From: Gnetum montanum | Lineage: Eukaryota; Plantae; Gnetophyta | DNA length: 64,000 bases | Direction: 5' to 3' | NCBI GenBank assembly: GCA_015680685.1 | Contig: MNCI01000625.1 | Location: forward strand, 131,571-195,570 | Part shown: piece by piece, positions 25,889 through 40,134 of the stretch | Position numbering within the stretch: the first letter of the stretch is position 1 | How the letters are laid out: the number at the start of each line of letters is the position of its first letter | Translations under genes and position numbers: made by a program | The notes under the pieces: generated by a model | Seen by the model: the letters and a program-made list of their open reading frames with translations, nothing else | The model's database searches: none | What the model was told of the DNA's origin: nothing

Positions 25889-27260
25889 TGAAATACCACC
25901 AAGAAATGCACGTTGTAACAGTTTAGCATTATAACCTCCACCCCCATGGTTGAGGCTAGATTTTCATTCTAAAATGTGAGGTTTGTAGCCCCTGAGTTGC
26001 AATCTTACATACCATGCCTTATAAGTTGTCATAGCCTCACTTTCTAAGTGAAAAAAGTCATATCATATCTATATTTGGGCTTGGTAAGGCTGAAAATGCC
26101 TTGGGAACCACCAAATTTGATATTTTCATCAATTTTTTATGGGGCATAACCATAATTACGCTGGAAACACCTACACCTAGTGTTGGTGGTGTTCAGTTTT
26201 CATTTTCCCAGCAAAACTCAACATAGTTTCCATAAAACCCAACTTGGATGTCACAAGGCTAGTGTATGGGTTTCTATTTTCTTCATGAAGCCAACATTGA
26301 AGTGGTTGGGGTTTTTAACCTTCCAATAAGGCCAGTGTTGCTCCATTAGTTCCAACATTGGTCCACCAATTTTAGCATGGATTCAAAGATGCTAGCATAG
26401 TTCCCATGAAGCCAACATAGATGGGTGAAACTAGTGTAGTTGGAAAAGTCCATTTACTATTTTTAGCATCCAGAGTGATCTTGGTGGCCTAGGCACATGA
26501 AAAATTGCCATAAATTGAAAACTATGTTGGAAATTATACCCTGCCACACTTGCAAATCAGATTAATCTATCAATAATCATGGAAGAAATTTGCAACACCA
26601 AAACTAACAACCATGAGACCTATAAGAATAAATTTCAAACACTTTGGATAAGTTCAACACTTCTTTGACTAGATAGCCTTTGTAACCTTGAGCACTTGAA
26701 ACCTTTGGAATTTTGTAAAGCTTTTGGAATAATTTGGTACCAAACTGGGCATTTGAGACTCCCAGCATAGTGCCAAAATTCTAAAAATCCAAACATCTTT
26801 ATCCCTTGTGTTATCAATGTTGTAGATTTGAGCTGAAAATCCCCAAGGATTTTAACATTGAAGTTTGGAAATACCTCATCATGAAGCTAACTATAGATCA
26901 CAACCTACCGACTTCAATAGGCTTCAAGCTTCATCTGAGCAACTCCTTGTGCATTCAAGCACAAAACTTGTACAATTTCAAACTCTACTTTTGTAGTAAT
27001 TTTATTGTTATTAATAAAGTTCACAGTTTATTTGTTGTGAAAATTTATTTCAAGATTAATCTCCATGCTTTCTTTTCAATCAAATTTCTTTTTGTATTCA
27101 AATTATCTACCCCACTTACACCCACTAAGTCATTGAGTGATCGACAGACTATCCAAGATGCCTTGGATCCTATTACTCGGAGGCCCTTGGGATCCAAGGT
27201 TAAGGCTATTAAAATTAAAATTTTTATTTTTCCAACAATCAAATTTTTTCAAGCACAACA
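25889..27260 (+). repeat. 3' LTR of element B
   Basis: TGAAATACCA...GCACAACA, matching 5934-7296. Confidence 0.9.
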
Positions 27261-30200
27261 TACCCAGCTTTGAGGAATTGCTTAATCTTCTCCTTGACAA
27301 TCTACTTGAACTTGGGAGTCAACAATTGTTGCGGTTGCCTCTTTAGCTTGACAGAGGAGTCTGTGTAGATATGGTGCTAGCATATCTAAGGATCTATTCC
27401 TATAAGCTCATGATATGACTAGGTAAAGGCTATTGGCCATTTGTTCACCACTTTCAACAATTTCTTCTTTTGTGTAGAAGTAAGCCTAGAATTGATGATC
27501 ACCAACTTGCCATTAGTAAGAAAAGCATATTCCATGCCTTTTGATAGAGCCTTTAATTCAAGGGGCATTTTCTTGGATTTATGAGGGATCTTCAACTCCC
27601 CCTAATTCATTTTTCCTTACACATTGAAGAACTAGTACTAGAGTTGCTTCATTTTGTCCATGCTTTCAACATAGGTGCTAGTAAGGCTCTCAACTAGTTC
27701 CATGTAGATGGTTGATTCGGTTTGATTATTTGTTATCAGCCACTAGGTACCTTCTTGTTTTGTGGCTACTACATATAGGCACCTTTGAATCATTGTTATT
27801 TTAGCATATTGATTACATGCATGAAGTGATGTTTCTTTGATGGTCCTTAATTTCTGCACACAATGGTACCCTGTGTCACTGTATGTGATGTATGAAACTC
27901 TCTTCTCCTCAACTTTTCTGAATTCGTTTTCCTTGGAGATTTCCAAGAAATGGTCTTGAATCCTTATTATGTCATCTATTGTGCTTAACCATGTCCTTTT
28001 CATAATGATAGGGAAGTCCCCATTGCAATTCTCTAGATGGATCACTAGAAAATTAGTAGGATAGGACCATCCATAGATAGTGGTCACAATGTCCTTGAAG
28101 AGCCCCAGAGAGATAGTGATGGATTAATCTACCAGCTCCAATTTGATGTTGCTCTTTTTCAAAGGAGGTAGGTTGTAATCCTTGTACATTTTTTGGGAAA
28201 TTAAGCTAACTCTAGAACTTGAATCCAAAAGAGCCTTGCATGATCCATTTCCTAGAATTTGTAAGTAGATGAGGGGACTCCTAGGATCATATCACTTCAT
28301 AGGAAGGTGACCAACCTTTATCCAGTTTTTGACTGCATAGGTCAACATGACAATGTGGATTTGGGAAGATTTTTGATTTGAAGGCAACTCAATAGAACTT
28401 TTAGACATAGGAGCAACAAGGTTGGCAACCATAGGTGTTTGTGAGAGTTTCATGAGGTTGCTAGTTTTGAAGAATGATCTTTTATGAGGCTTGGATTCAA
28501 AACCACTTGAATGGATATCCAATTGTAGATTTACTACCCTCATGACATTTCTTTATTGTGATTATGTAGGAATTTCACCTTGCATAGATGAAGTAAATGG
28601 CAACAATGTTTTTAGTTATGGTGCAAGAGTTGATGGGTGCTGAGAAGGATAGAAAGAAAAAGGAGACTCCTCCTTAGAGAATGTGCTCTGTAGTATTCTG
28701 GAGGGTAGTATTGGTAAGGGAAGGAGGTGTGACTAGAAGAGTTATGCAAGGATACAAGCTACTAGACATAGTATCCATATGGATCAAGTTGTCGATAAGG
28801 ATATTATTATCATGGTGGTGGCATCTCCACACCCTTTATCATGGTGGTGGCATCTCCACACCCACCCCAACCCCCCCCCCACCCAGACTATGGATGTTAT
28901 CACTCTTGATATTGCTCCTAAGGTTGAGGAGGCACTCCACTCAAATAATACATTTGGTGGTGGAACTGTTGCCTATAGTTGACTTATGGATAAGGCAACC
29001 ATATGGGTGTTTACCATTTTACAAATATAGGATTTAAAGTATACATCCAAGATTCTTGTAGGTGTGACAACACTGGAAAACATCCCTTAGGATGTTTATA
29101 TTGGCAAATGTCAAAACCATCATTGTCTATTTCAGAATCTACAACCTCCTTGATTACTATAGCTTTACCCTTATTTTTATGATATCCTTGTTTTACATTC
29201 TTTTTCTTCCTTTTTTCTTGACCACTATCCCCTTGGTCTTTTGTTCCTCTATAATTTTTAGAGCTATTTGGAACTTCTCATTCAAGGAGTTCCACATCTT
29301 TTCTACCTTACCTAATGTTTTGGTCATATATTTTTGTATTGACATGGTTTTCCTTTACATCATTTCATCAAGTTGTGCCTCCTCCTCATTATTACAGAAA
29401 CACACCTCCCTTTTGCAAAGGACAGGGTCCTTGTTGTACTCTTCTGCACTTTCACATTTTTTGAGTTCACCATCTTCTTTGGCCACCTGATCAATTAACC
29501 TTTTGATTTGATGGACTTGTAGCTTAGAAAGTATCTCTTGGGTATAGACTGTAAGGGTTTTTCTTGTTTCATTCTTGAGTCCATTTATGATATGGTGCAG
29601 CTGATCCCTTTGGAAATATCCATGGCCTAGGCATCAGTGCAAAAGAGAATAGTACCTACCCAAGGCTACATCCTAGGACTCATGATTTCCTTGTTTCCAC
29701 CCTTGGATTTGTCTATGCAAGTTCAACACTCTGGAGTAGGTTTGGTGCTTATCGTTAAAGAGCTCCAACATCATCTTCCATCAATGAATAGATTCTAGTT
29801 TTAAGGATTGGTACCAATTTTCAGCTTCTTTAATGAGTATCCTTGGGAAAAGTTTCAACTTTTGCCATTTATTTTCAATGTTCTATAAGGCACAAGCATC
29901 ATGAAAGGCTTGCATATGGTTCTGTGGATCTAAGTTATATGCCCCTTCAAATCTAGGAATATTGTTCATATCCAACCTCTTGATTCAACTATTTTTTAAG
30001 TTCCTTGTTAGAATTCTAACTACCTCTAAAATGTTTAACATATTTTGGGTAGCCAATAGAGGTTCATGATAGTCATAACAATCTCAATGGCCCCTACCAT
30101 TACCATGATGCATATGATGAGTCATGCTATGTCATCTTTCTCAGTGATGCTCCTCCCTTTGTTAATGTCCTTCCCCCTATTCTTGATCATTCTAGTGGAA

Positions 30201-31141
30201 TCTATGGTCATTCCAATCCTATCATTCATCTCCATCCTAATCATGGTTGTTTCTTCTTCTATCTTAGCCTTTGGTTCTCTTGTCATAGTTGGAGAAGAAA
30301 GATGATGGGGATGACAAAGAAGAAGAATTAGCACTAGAACGATGCTTGCTAGTTCCTCTTCTTTGATCCCTGCCATCATTAGATTTTTTGTCTTTCTCTT
30401 TGTGCTTATCATTATCCTTACTTTTTGATGAATTACTTTAGTTTTTATCTTTTGAGACCCCCTAGTCTTTAGAATCATTCTTTCCTCTACAGAGTTTGTC
30501 CATAGTTGACTGCAACCTTTGGTTAAGGATCTCCCTATCAAAGAAAGGAGGAGAGTCTGTGTATTGGGATTGGCCCAAAAAGAAGTCCTTGCCTTCTTTA
30601 TGGTACTACAAGAACAACTGGATCCTCTTACCTATAGAAGCCTCATATTATGCTTCCATCTACTAATCCTTCTTTTGTTAGGCATCGATGGGATGATAAT
30701 CCCTATAAGTGTGGTCTTGAACCTCATACTTTGTGTTAAGTGCAACAATAGCCAACTTGATGAGATTGTTCATCAACATGGCAGAAATAGATCAATTGGG
30801 AGGCAACACAATGTTACCTTTCATATTCCTCCATCATAGCTACTCATCCTGATGTAGGATGAAGGTGAAATCCAAATTGTAAGGATCTAAATGAGTGTAA
30901 ACAATATGAAGTTGTTGGTGCATTTTTTGAACCTCTTGTCTTTGATTGGTTCTACTTGTAAATGGTGGAGATTCTTCCTTGTGATAAGAGGCCATGTTGG
31001 CATTCAATAAAATACAGTGTGCTTGATCTTATCTCTTTAATGATTTATCATTGTATGATCCTTACAATATCTTTGTATGATGTCACTATCTTTTCCTACT
31101 TAGCGCACTTAGATAAACTAGATCCTTGAAAATGGTGCCAA

Positions 31142-32019
31142 TGATGAGTAATGAGTAGTCCCTACATCCAACCATATGAATTACAAGCATGCATGAGTGA
31201 TCTAGTCAAATTTCATGGACTTAGCTCCTAACTGTGTCTATAGATAAAGATTGTGACTTGGGGAAATGTGTGATCATTGTCTTCTTAACTCTCACTTGTA
31301 TAGGCTCATATGTATGGTTAAGTGTGAGTTAAGGCATATGATATGTATTTATGTTTATATATTTTTCTACATTTTCTAGGCTAGTGTTGGTGAAAAGATA
31401 AATGATTAATAATTGACTACTCTAGCTATCTAATGGTTCTACAACTAACTATTCTAACGTAAGTATCCAGGCCTGCTTACTATACACATCCTGTACTCAT
31501 ATGAACGCTACTAGGTTACCAAGTAACAATTACTAGGCATACCAAATGGCCACTACTTGGATTACTAAGCATTAAACGGTATGCTTGGAGCAGTCATACT
31601 TATGTGTTCATTATTAAATATATTAATTACTTAAGACAAGAACATAAACTACATAAAGAACAACATGCAAGTAAGAAATATTAACCTATTCCAAGAGTTG
31701 CAATGAATGTCAAGAATCTTGTCTTTATTGTCAATCACATAAATATGCTTAGGTACATGATGCCCAAATAAAGATTTGTACAATTACATTAGTTCATACG
31801 CAATAGGCACTTTGAAAATATTCTAACTCTAGGGAAAGAAAACTACAAGAGTTTGACTATACTAATGAATTAACATGTCATAAATGCAATGGGAATGTGC
31901 ATTTATATAGGCTTAACTTACTACTACATCAACACATCTATGTTGATGCATGCATCCATGCGTTGATGCAGCTATGTTGATGCATGCTTGTCGATCCAAC
32001 TAGTTGACATGCTTCATCA
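31142..32019 (-). repeat. 5' LTR of element A
   Basis: Bounded by TGATGAGT...TTCATCA and adjacent to PBS tggcaccattttcaagga (minus strand). Its terminus is similar to the LTR termini of elements C and E. Confidence 0.7.
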
Positions 32020-32582
32020 CTTGGTCAAGGGCAACATGGTTGGCCACCTTCTTGAAGTTATTTTCAACCACGTCCTTACAATCACAAAGCTCAAATAAGA
32101 AATTTATCAAGTGACTCCAATCGGTGAAGGTTTTCTTAACCATTAAAGATGATGAAGCACTTGGAAATCTCCTTAATCATCTTCCCCTCCTTGAGCTCTT
32201 GAAAGTCTTTAACCTTAGGTTTGGATACCAATTGTTGATTCTTGAAGGAGCCTTCCAAGGATCTAGAAGATGTGTGTCATATATAATTAGGTACTAATCT
32301 TAATAAATATGAGGAAAAGAGGACTTCCTAATCAAGCTCCTATAAATTTTGAAATTACAAGCTTGAATAGAAAAAGATAAAATGCTTATATCTCCTGGAA
32401 TATTATGAGTTATTCTTTAATCTATATACTTTTGAAATTATCTAAAAATTTTCTACAACATAAAATTAATAAATTCATAAAAAATAATAAAAAATATTAT
32501 TTGAAGGCTACTCTTTCATGAATATATGAAAATGCACCAAATTTTGCAATGTGGATTCATTAGTTTGTATCTCTATCACTAG
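32020..32582 (-). mobile_element. Remnant of an older LTR element with Met-type PBS, probably copia; host of A and C, continuing after 38651
   Basis: ggataccaattgttg at 32223-32237 is the reverse complement of LTR end + TGGTATC. Confidence 0.4.
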
Positions 32583-35500
32583 TGATGAGTGGTGAGGTAC
32601 CCCTACACTCAACCATACGAATACGTGCATTCACGCACGATCCAGTCGAACTCTACAGAAGAACTAGTTATGGTATCTAGATAGTTACATGTTGTCTTCC
32701 CACCAAGCCTAGTATTTACTTGGTCACGTATGGTTTAGTCCAGAGTGAGGCGAATGATGTGATCCTAAACTAGTACTACTCCTAGAGACAATGGAAAATA
32801 ATCTTGTTTTAAGCTAATAGGTGATGAGAAGTAAAATCTAAACTAGCCTAAGTGTGTTGGGCATTTTTCCTTAATCATCCATGCACATCTTGGACCTCGT
32901 GTACTACTTCTGGGATTACCAAGTGCATGTTACTTGAGCACTCCTAGATACACTACTGGGTTACCAAGTAGTTACACTTAAATGTTCATGATTAAGTCGT
33001 ACTCATTTCGTATTTAATAACAGGATTAGTAAATGATGATAAAGAAATATTAACAAAGATAATGATAAATAACAATTAACAATTAAAATAATTAAAAGCT
33101 GAGTGAATGTTGCAATGATGGAGTAATCTTGATCTTTATTTCCGATCATGTGCATGTCCAAGTACATCACACTTGAATAAAGGTTTTGTATAATTACAAT
33201 CATCACACTGTAGGCATGCACTGGGGAAAGAATGAAAATTAACTAAAAAATGACAAAAATACTCTATCCTAAGAATTACCAACTCTCTCTTTCTTATGCA
33301 CCCGAATTTTGTATTTATAGGCCTACACAGGAATCATGATATCATGTATTCGATATCATTATCTAGGTTGCCATATTGCGTACCTGATATCAAGGATCTG
33401 ATATCAGGGCCTGGCAAACCATGATTCATCATACCCCCACGACTGAATAACAACTTGTCATCGAGTCATACAAAATGAGAATGAGTTCAATTGATTACAC
33501 AGTGGATAGGTATGAGATTATTAACTAACTAGGAATTTCTCATGCCACAGTGTGGGATTGAACAAAACAAAATTGGGACACAGACACAAAATTACAAAAT
33601 ACAAAATTTGTTGGAACTCATGTGGTTCCTGGCAGTGGTGGCTCCTCCATGGGTCTCTTCTTTTGTCCTACTCTCCAGTCTTCTAAAATTGATACCTTTG
33701 AAGAAGCGCCTGAAGTTTCTCCTCTTCTATCTAAGGATCATGAGCCATCCATGTTGATGTTCCAATGTTTGATGGAGGCAGCACTTTCCATGGACATGGT
33801 AGCTATGGGAACACTTGATTGGCCTTGACATACCATGCCACAAATAGTCATTATTCCTCTTCATAGGTTCTAGCCCTGACCTCTCCACCTTCTTCTTGGC
33901 CAAATTTGCAATGATAGGAGTTTCTTGATGGATGCTCAATGATTGTGCCTCCTGATCTGCATGTTTTGGATGAGGTCCTTGGCCTCTACCTCCTCTCGGG
34001 TGTTTAGTTGCATCTTAAGAAGGTCCTTCTTGCTATCTTCTTTTAGGGGCCATATGTAATCACATAAGGACCAATTGTTAGTAAGGTTGTTTAAAGAAAT
34101 TTGGTTATCTTATACCTTACTCATTGCCTTTAATAAATGCTTAATTCATTACTTAGTGTGATTCTAGAGTTAGATATTTTGTAAGGAATTTGCCCTAAAA
34201 GTTTAAAGTCAGACCTGATTTGTTTAGGTGACACATAAAAGGACATGTAATGGTTTTGAGGAATGTTTAATAAAATGATGACAAAGGAAATAATAGATTT
34301 GACAAGGGAGTACTCAAAGGGTTTAAAATTATGTGGTGGTGTGCAACAAGTATAGATTACAAAAGTCATGCAAGTGGGTCCTCCCCAAAGTAGGTTCCAA
34401 CCTATCATTCCCTTGTGTAACCACACCTTAAAATTTCCTTAGGCACTAGAAGGGTTAAATGCAACCCGCACTTGTGCAACAAACCACATACATGTTAAGC
34501 ACCATCTTTATGAGGTATGAATTCTATGCGACATAAGACACAAGTCAAAAAATACATGGGTAGCGAGATGAGACAAATCGTAAAAGGGATTGTTAAGATC
34601 AGGACATGAGGTAACTGACCCTGGGCACAATAAATCCTGAGTGTGGGGTGTGATTAATTTGTCATTAGCCCATCACTCCAAAATCAAGACTAAGTCCATT
34701 CCTCTGATCAGTGACATCGCATTGTTTCATCCAATGATGGACAACCATAAGAGCACCATGACAGTAAGGTGTACGATCACTTGGCATTTTGTCCAAGGGA
34801 GGAGTGATTTGAAATTTCCCTGCGGCACATTTTTTTGATCTTTTCTTTGTGTTTCTCTTCTTCTTCTTCTTTTTCTTTTTCTAGCCACTTTGGCACTTTT
34901 TCCTTTCTAACAATGAATCGGAGAAGCCACCAACCTTCAGGCATGGGAGCATGTCTTTCCAGTGGGACCCCCAAAATAGTATTGAATTTCTTTATTATTG
35001 AGTGCCTTTATTACTCTTACTTTAATTTTTTGCTAGATCTACAAGGATCTTAGTACAACTAGGCTGCACGATAGCACCTATAGATGTCACCAAAGAGAAT
35101 CCACAAGTCTCCTTGATGTCACACCCTAGCCATTCCCTCTTAGTCCATCATTCTTCGCTCTAGGTATAATGAGCATAAAATTACTTTAAGTTTTAATGAT
35201 GACAAGAATATCATCATACCTAGAGTAGAACCTCTTATTAATAGAATGGGGGTTGGGGGTGGATGTTGTGGGCTCACTATTCAAATAATTAATCACCTGA
35301 GACTTGATAGCATAGAATAACACCTCAACCGACAAGTCACATGAGTATTTTATTCACCGATGAGATTACCCTCAAAAAGACAAAACAACAAATTGAAAAT
35401 GAAAAGCTAAAAAACAAAAATTTATAAAATCAAATAAAAGGAAAAAAAGTTACTAATTCTGCTTGTTAGATTGGAGGATATGCCCCATAACTAAACTTTT

Positions 35501-38500
35501 GATCATGGCGAGAATTAATAAATGGAAGGTTTGGATCCATGCATGTTGAAAATATTAGGGTTTGATCATATCCAAACCACTAGGTGTCTTTTGATGTGGT
35601 GGTTGGAATGTGCCCAACTTGGGGTTCATACACTTGCTTAAAGTAGGCATAGTGGGGAAAATTATAAGATGTCGTCATGTGATAAGGAGTTGACCTACTA
35701 TGGCACTCGTGACCATAAGATGATATGCAAGGATCAATATGTCTCCCTAGGTGGTTATATTCATTAGGCTGCATGGTTCTTGGAGTGTTAATTGATGGCC
35801 CTCATAAGGTAATAGGAGGTGTTAAGTTTGAGAGAGAAGATGCATCACAGTGCTAGACTTGTGCTGAGTTGGTGGATGTAGTGGTTTCAGAACTGTGTTG
35901 TCTCTTTCTTAGATCATGTCTAAAGAAAGGATGCTTCTGATGTTGTTGAGGACCTCCACTGTTGTTGATGGTAGTAGCACAAGTAACGTTCTTGGGTTGG
36001 TGTTGTGGTGCAAAACCTTTTGGCACAACTGGTGGTGATGTAAAAGGAGGTGAAGGATGAGAATATTGAGGTTGAGGAGAAGTGTAAGGCACATGAGGTT
36101 GTGATCTTGTTGGAGAGGACATGGGTGGATAATACTTGAGAGAATGATAATGATGAGGTGAAGTAGAGGATGTTGATTTTTTTGGAGAAATAGGATGTTG
36201 AACATAATAAAAATTTGATGTCAAGACATACGAAGGGTATGGTATGTTTGGTGGTGGCCTCCCCCATGACTGGGGCTTTTGCCATTTTGGTTGAACCTAG
36301 TACTTTTGTACAAAATCTAGATGTCGCATTCCTTCCCAATGCTCATATAAATGTGACAAGATAGGGCATTGGCCCTTGGGGTGATCATACAAACAAACAT
36401 TACATTGATACATATGATTGACAGTTGAGCTCCTATTCTTATTTTCTTTAAGCCTTCGTTCTGATTGTTGCATGGTGTCCTGTCTTGTTTCTTGATTTGG
36501 CATAGTTCCACCTCTAATAATGTTGGCATACTCTCTGCATTTTTCATGTACCCATTCCATTATCTTATTGATCTTTTCCTCAATTTCATCTAGTGATTGT
36601 GGTATTGGCAAAGATGATTCCACCTCCTTAAGGTGAGTTGATTTCTTCTGTTCATGATGATGGACCTTTGCTATTTTGAGATTTTGGTCCTGTTGAGAGC
36701 TTTCAGCATTCTCCCATTTAGCTATTTCTCCTTCTTCTTTTGCTACCTGCTTAATAAGCTCTTTGAATTGGTGGGTTTGTAGTTCATATAGTTGACATGG
36801 GGCATACATCCCTAGGGTCTCCCTTGTTTTATTACATAGCCCATCCATGATGTGATACATTAGCCTTTCCTCAGAGAACCCATGGCCTAGGCAATTGTGT
36901 AACAACGAATAGTATCTTTCTAAGGCCATGTTCAAGGGTTCATGTTGCCCTTGTCTCCACTCTTGGACTTGTTTCCTTAAGGCTGACACTCTTGCATAAG
37001 TTTGATATCTTTCATTGAATAGTTCTACCATTGTTTGCCAACGTCAAATTAATTTTGGTTTTAAAGACCTATACGATACTTTTGCTTGGCCAACGAGTGT
37101 CATAGGAAAGAGCTTAAGTCTTTGCCATCCATTATCAATGTTGTTCCATGCACAAGCATCATAGAAGACTTGCAAATGATGTTGCAGATCTAAATCATAG
37201 CCTCCTGAAAACTTGGGAAAGTTGTTTAAATCAAGCCTAGGTAGACAACTTTCCTTGTGATGCCTGTGGGATATTTGAATAGCTCTTGTATATGCATTAG
37301 GCTCTTAGTGGCTAGCAGGGGTTCATCATCACTAGGTAGGTTATGAATTTGTGAGTTGAGATGATGTTATCTTCGTTCATGTTGGCATTCTTGACTTTGC
37401 CCGTGGGCTCGACTTTTATTTCTATGCCAACTCCTTGAAAAATGATCATCCGTGTCATGACCTAACATTGAAGGAGTGTCCGAGTTGGATGACAAGAGTC
37501 CTTGAATACCATTGGGGTGTTCATGAACATAGGGAACCCTTGCATAAGATTGAGTACTGCAAACTTCATCTTCATCATCGTATATTTCGTTGGTTCTCCA
37601 ATGAATTGCCTCACTAATTGTTGTGTTATCATAGTCTTGTGAGAGAGACATTGTTGTGAATTGTGTGTGACTTGTTTGCAATTACTTTCTTTCTAAAAGA
37701 TATATTGTCAAGGCTTCGTTACAGTGATCTTGGATGATGTAACTAATCTAAATAACTAGCACCATCCTCGGCAATAGTGCCAATGATGAGTGGTGAGGTA
37801 CCCCTCCACTCAACCATATGAATATGAGCGTTTACGCATAATCTGGTCAAACTCTGTAGATGGACTAATTGTGGTATCTAGATAGTTACATGTTGATCAT
37901 AGTTCACTGTCTTTCCACCTAGACTAGTATTTACTTGGTCACGTATGGTTTAGTCTAGAGTGAGGCGAATGATGTGATCCTAAACTAGTACTACTCCTAC
38001 AGAAAATGGAAAATAATCTTGTTTTAAGCTAATAGGTGATGAGAAGTAAAATCTAAACTAGCCTAAGTGCGATGGGCATTTGTCCTTAATCATCCATGCG
38101 CATCTTGGACCTCGTGTACTACTTCTAGAATTACCAAGCACACATTACTTGAGCACTCCTAGATATGCTACTGGGTTACCAAGTAGTTACACTTAAATGT
38201 TCATGATTAAGTCGTACTCATGCTACATTTCATAACAAGAATAGTAAATGATGATAAAGAAATATTAATGAAGAAAACAATAAATAACAATTAACAATTA
38301 AAATAATTAAAAGCTAGATGAATGTTGCAATGATGAAGTAATCTCGATCTTTATTTCTGATCATGTGCGTGTCCAAGTATGTCACACTCGAATAAAGGTT
38401 CCATACAATTACAATCATCACACTGTGGGCATGCACTGGGGAAAGAATGAAAATTAACTGAAAAATGACAAAAAGACTCTATCATAATAATTACCAACTC

Positions 38501-38646
38501 TCTCTTTCCTATGTGCCTGAATGTTGTATTTATAGGCCTACACACGAATTACGATATCATGTATTCAATATCGTTATCCAAGTTGCGATATTGCGTACCT
38601 GATATCGAGGATCTGATATTGGGGCCTAGCAAACCATGATTCATCA
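32583..38646 (-). mobile_element. Element C: ~6.1 kb non-autonomous, gag-only Athila-like LTR element
   Basis: LTRs at 32583-33431 and 37784-38646 (TGATGAGT...TTCATCA on +), TSD actag/attag, PBS tggcactattgccgagga (tRNA-Asp type) at 37764-37782, G-rich PPT at 33432-33440. No pol motifs seen. Confidence 0.9.
36297..37300 (-). pseudogene. gag: gag of element C
   Basis: NFPKFSGGYDLD..HLQVFYDAC, LKLFPMTL, WRQGQHEPLNMALERYYSLLHNCLGHG, and C-x2-C-x3-H-x4-C (CNVCLYDHPKGQC). Clearly homologous to element A gag at 29500-30060. Confidence 0.85.
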
Positions 38647-39589
38647 ATTAGAAAAGATCTTGGACCAAAATTTTAGTTGGACGTAGCCAAATAAGTTTCT
38701 TTCAAAGCTAATAGGAATAATTCAAAAATTATAAGAAATGACAAAGTTATCTATAAATTACTGAGAGTCACTTTTCATATCTTGGTTTTGGACAAAAAAA
38801 AAAGCAGAGATTGTAGATATAATATCTCACTTAATAAAAATAATCTTTGAATAAAATTTTAATAGAAGAATAACAAAGATTTTAGCTTTTAGATGGAATA
38901 AGAAACATTTAAAAAGCAATTATGGATATGTAATATATTTATTAGTCATCACTTTTCAAGATTTTGATAGGTTGGGAAAACAACATAAACTTGCAATGAA
39001 GGGCTTGATGTTATGAATGATAAGAAAATTGAAATATATAAAACTTGAAAAGAGAATGAAAAAACTTGAAAGAGAAACTAAAATTATAGAAGTTATGAAA
39101 ACACTCAAAACTAAAAATACTCTTTAACAAAGAACACTTATCACATAATGAAGTTCCCACATGCCTCCTTATATAGGAGTTGGAGGCATTATTGGTAGTA
39201 TTGAGGATAAATAGTTTAGGGAATATTTAATTAAGGGATGAGGTGTAAAGAAGCAATTGAAACCACTAAGTCAAGATGGATGGTTAGCTCTCATTCATCT
39301 ATCACACATACCATAATTTTTTAAGTTGGAGAATTATCCTATATACCTACTCACCTTATTCTCCTTCTTTCCCCTTGTTTTCCAATGTTTTTTCTAATTT
39401 TTAAAACTACAAAAACACAATATAGGAACTATAGTACCTCTAAGGTACTAAGAGATATTTCTAATAACAAATACAAAAACAACAAGAATAAACTTGTTTA
39501 AGCTTTACAAAGAAAAACATAGCCTACATAGGCTACATAACTAATAGTTCCTCTTTTAGGTTATGTAGGCTTGAGATTTAAAATGCCAA

Positions 39590-40130
39590 TCATGTGAAGT
39601 AATGTTTCCATCCTATGAGGGAGGAGCTTCTTCATGAGAAAGTTGACCAACTCATTTTTAATCTTTACATATTTAGAAAGAATGATGTTATCTTAAACCT
39701 TCTCCTTAATAAAGTGAAACTTGATTTTAATGTGTTTGGACTTCTTATGAAGTGTGTGTTCATTAGAGAGTTGATGTGTTGTCAAAATATAATACAATTG
39801 GTTTCACAAATTTAAAGTTAAGCTCCTCAAATATCTTCTTTAACCATAGGTTGTGTTGGATACAATCCCCTATGGCAACATGTTCTACTTCAATGCTTAA
39901 TAGACTCACATAAATTTGCTTCTTGGACTTTCAATAAATTGGATTATTATAATGGAAGATGATGGCACTGCTTCTAGACTTGCAGTCTTTAAAATTCCAG
40001 GTGTCTTCATGTAGCAATTGTTATCCAAATATGATGATGTTATCTTCTTTCAAATTTCACTATTTTAAGCATTTAGTCCCTTTTCTCATAATACCTTTAA
40101 AGCTCTGTATAGTTAAATCCATCATCATTA
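39590..40130 (-). mobile_element. Ty1/copia RT/RNase H 3' fragment
   Basis: Minus strand KKSKHIKIKFHFIKEKV at ~39690-39750 and IEVEHVA at ~39870-39895. Confidence 0.7.
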
Positions 40131-40134
40131 GCCA

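Larger units (their letters stand above)
5934..27260 (+). mobile_element. Element B: full-length decayed Tat-type Ty3/gypsy LTR retrotransposon (~21.3 kb including nested solo LTR)
   Basis: LTR pair at 5934-7296 and 25889-27260, degenerate TSD aacct/taccc, tRNA-Asn-type PBS, gag, protease, RT-RH-aRH-INT. It interrupts the RT frame of element A. Confidence 0.92.
3400..32019 (-). mobile_element. Element A: decayed Athila-like Ty3/gypsy LTR retrotransposon, split by insertion of element B; 3' LTR not found
   Basis: Integrase at 3420-4400 (IDYYTKWVEA, FGVPRALILDN, WEGPY), RH/RT at 4700-5933. RT resumes at 27261, with VKEKIKQFLKAG|FIYSIVDSEWIAP contiguous across B. Protease (KALLDS) at ~28230, gag at 29500-30060, Asp-type PBS at ~31122-31140. 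Confidence 0.85.

Noticed and set aside
26635-27346. ORFs within LTRs (also 42605-44261 and 58664-60280)
   Set aside because: They are not preserved between the paired LTRs and contain no recognisable domains.
28681-30839. Several 80-140 aa ORFs on both strands
   Set aside because: They are antisense or off-frame readings of the decayed gag region and low-complexity tracts of element A.
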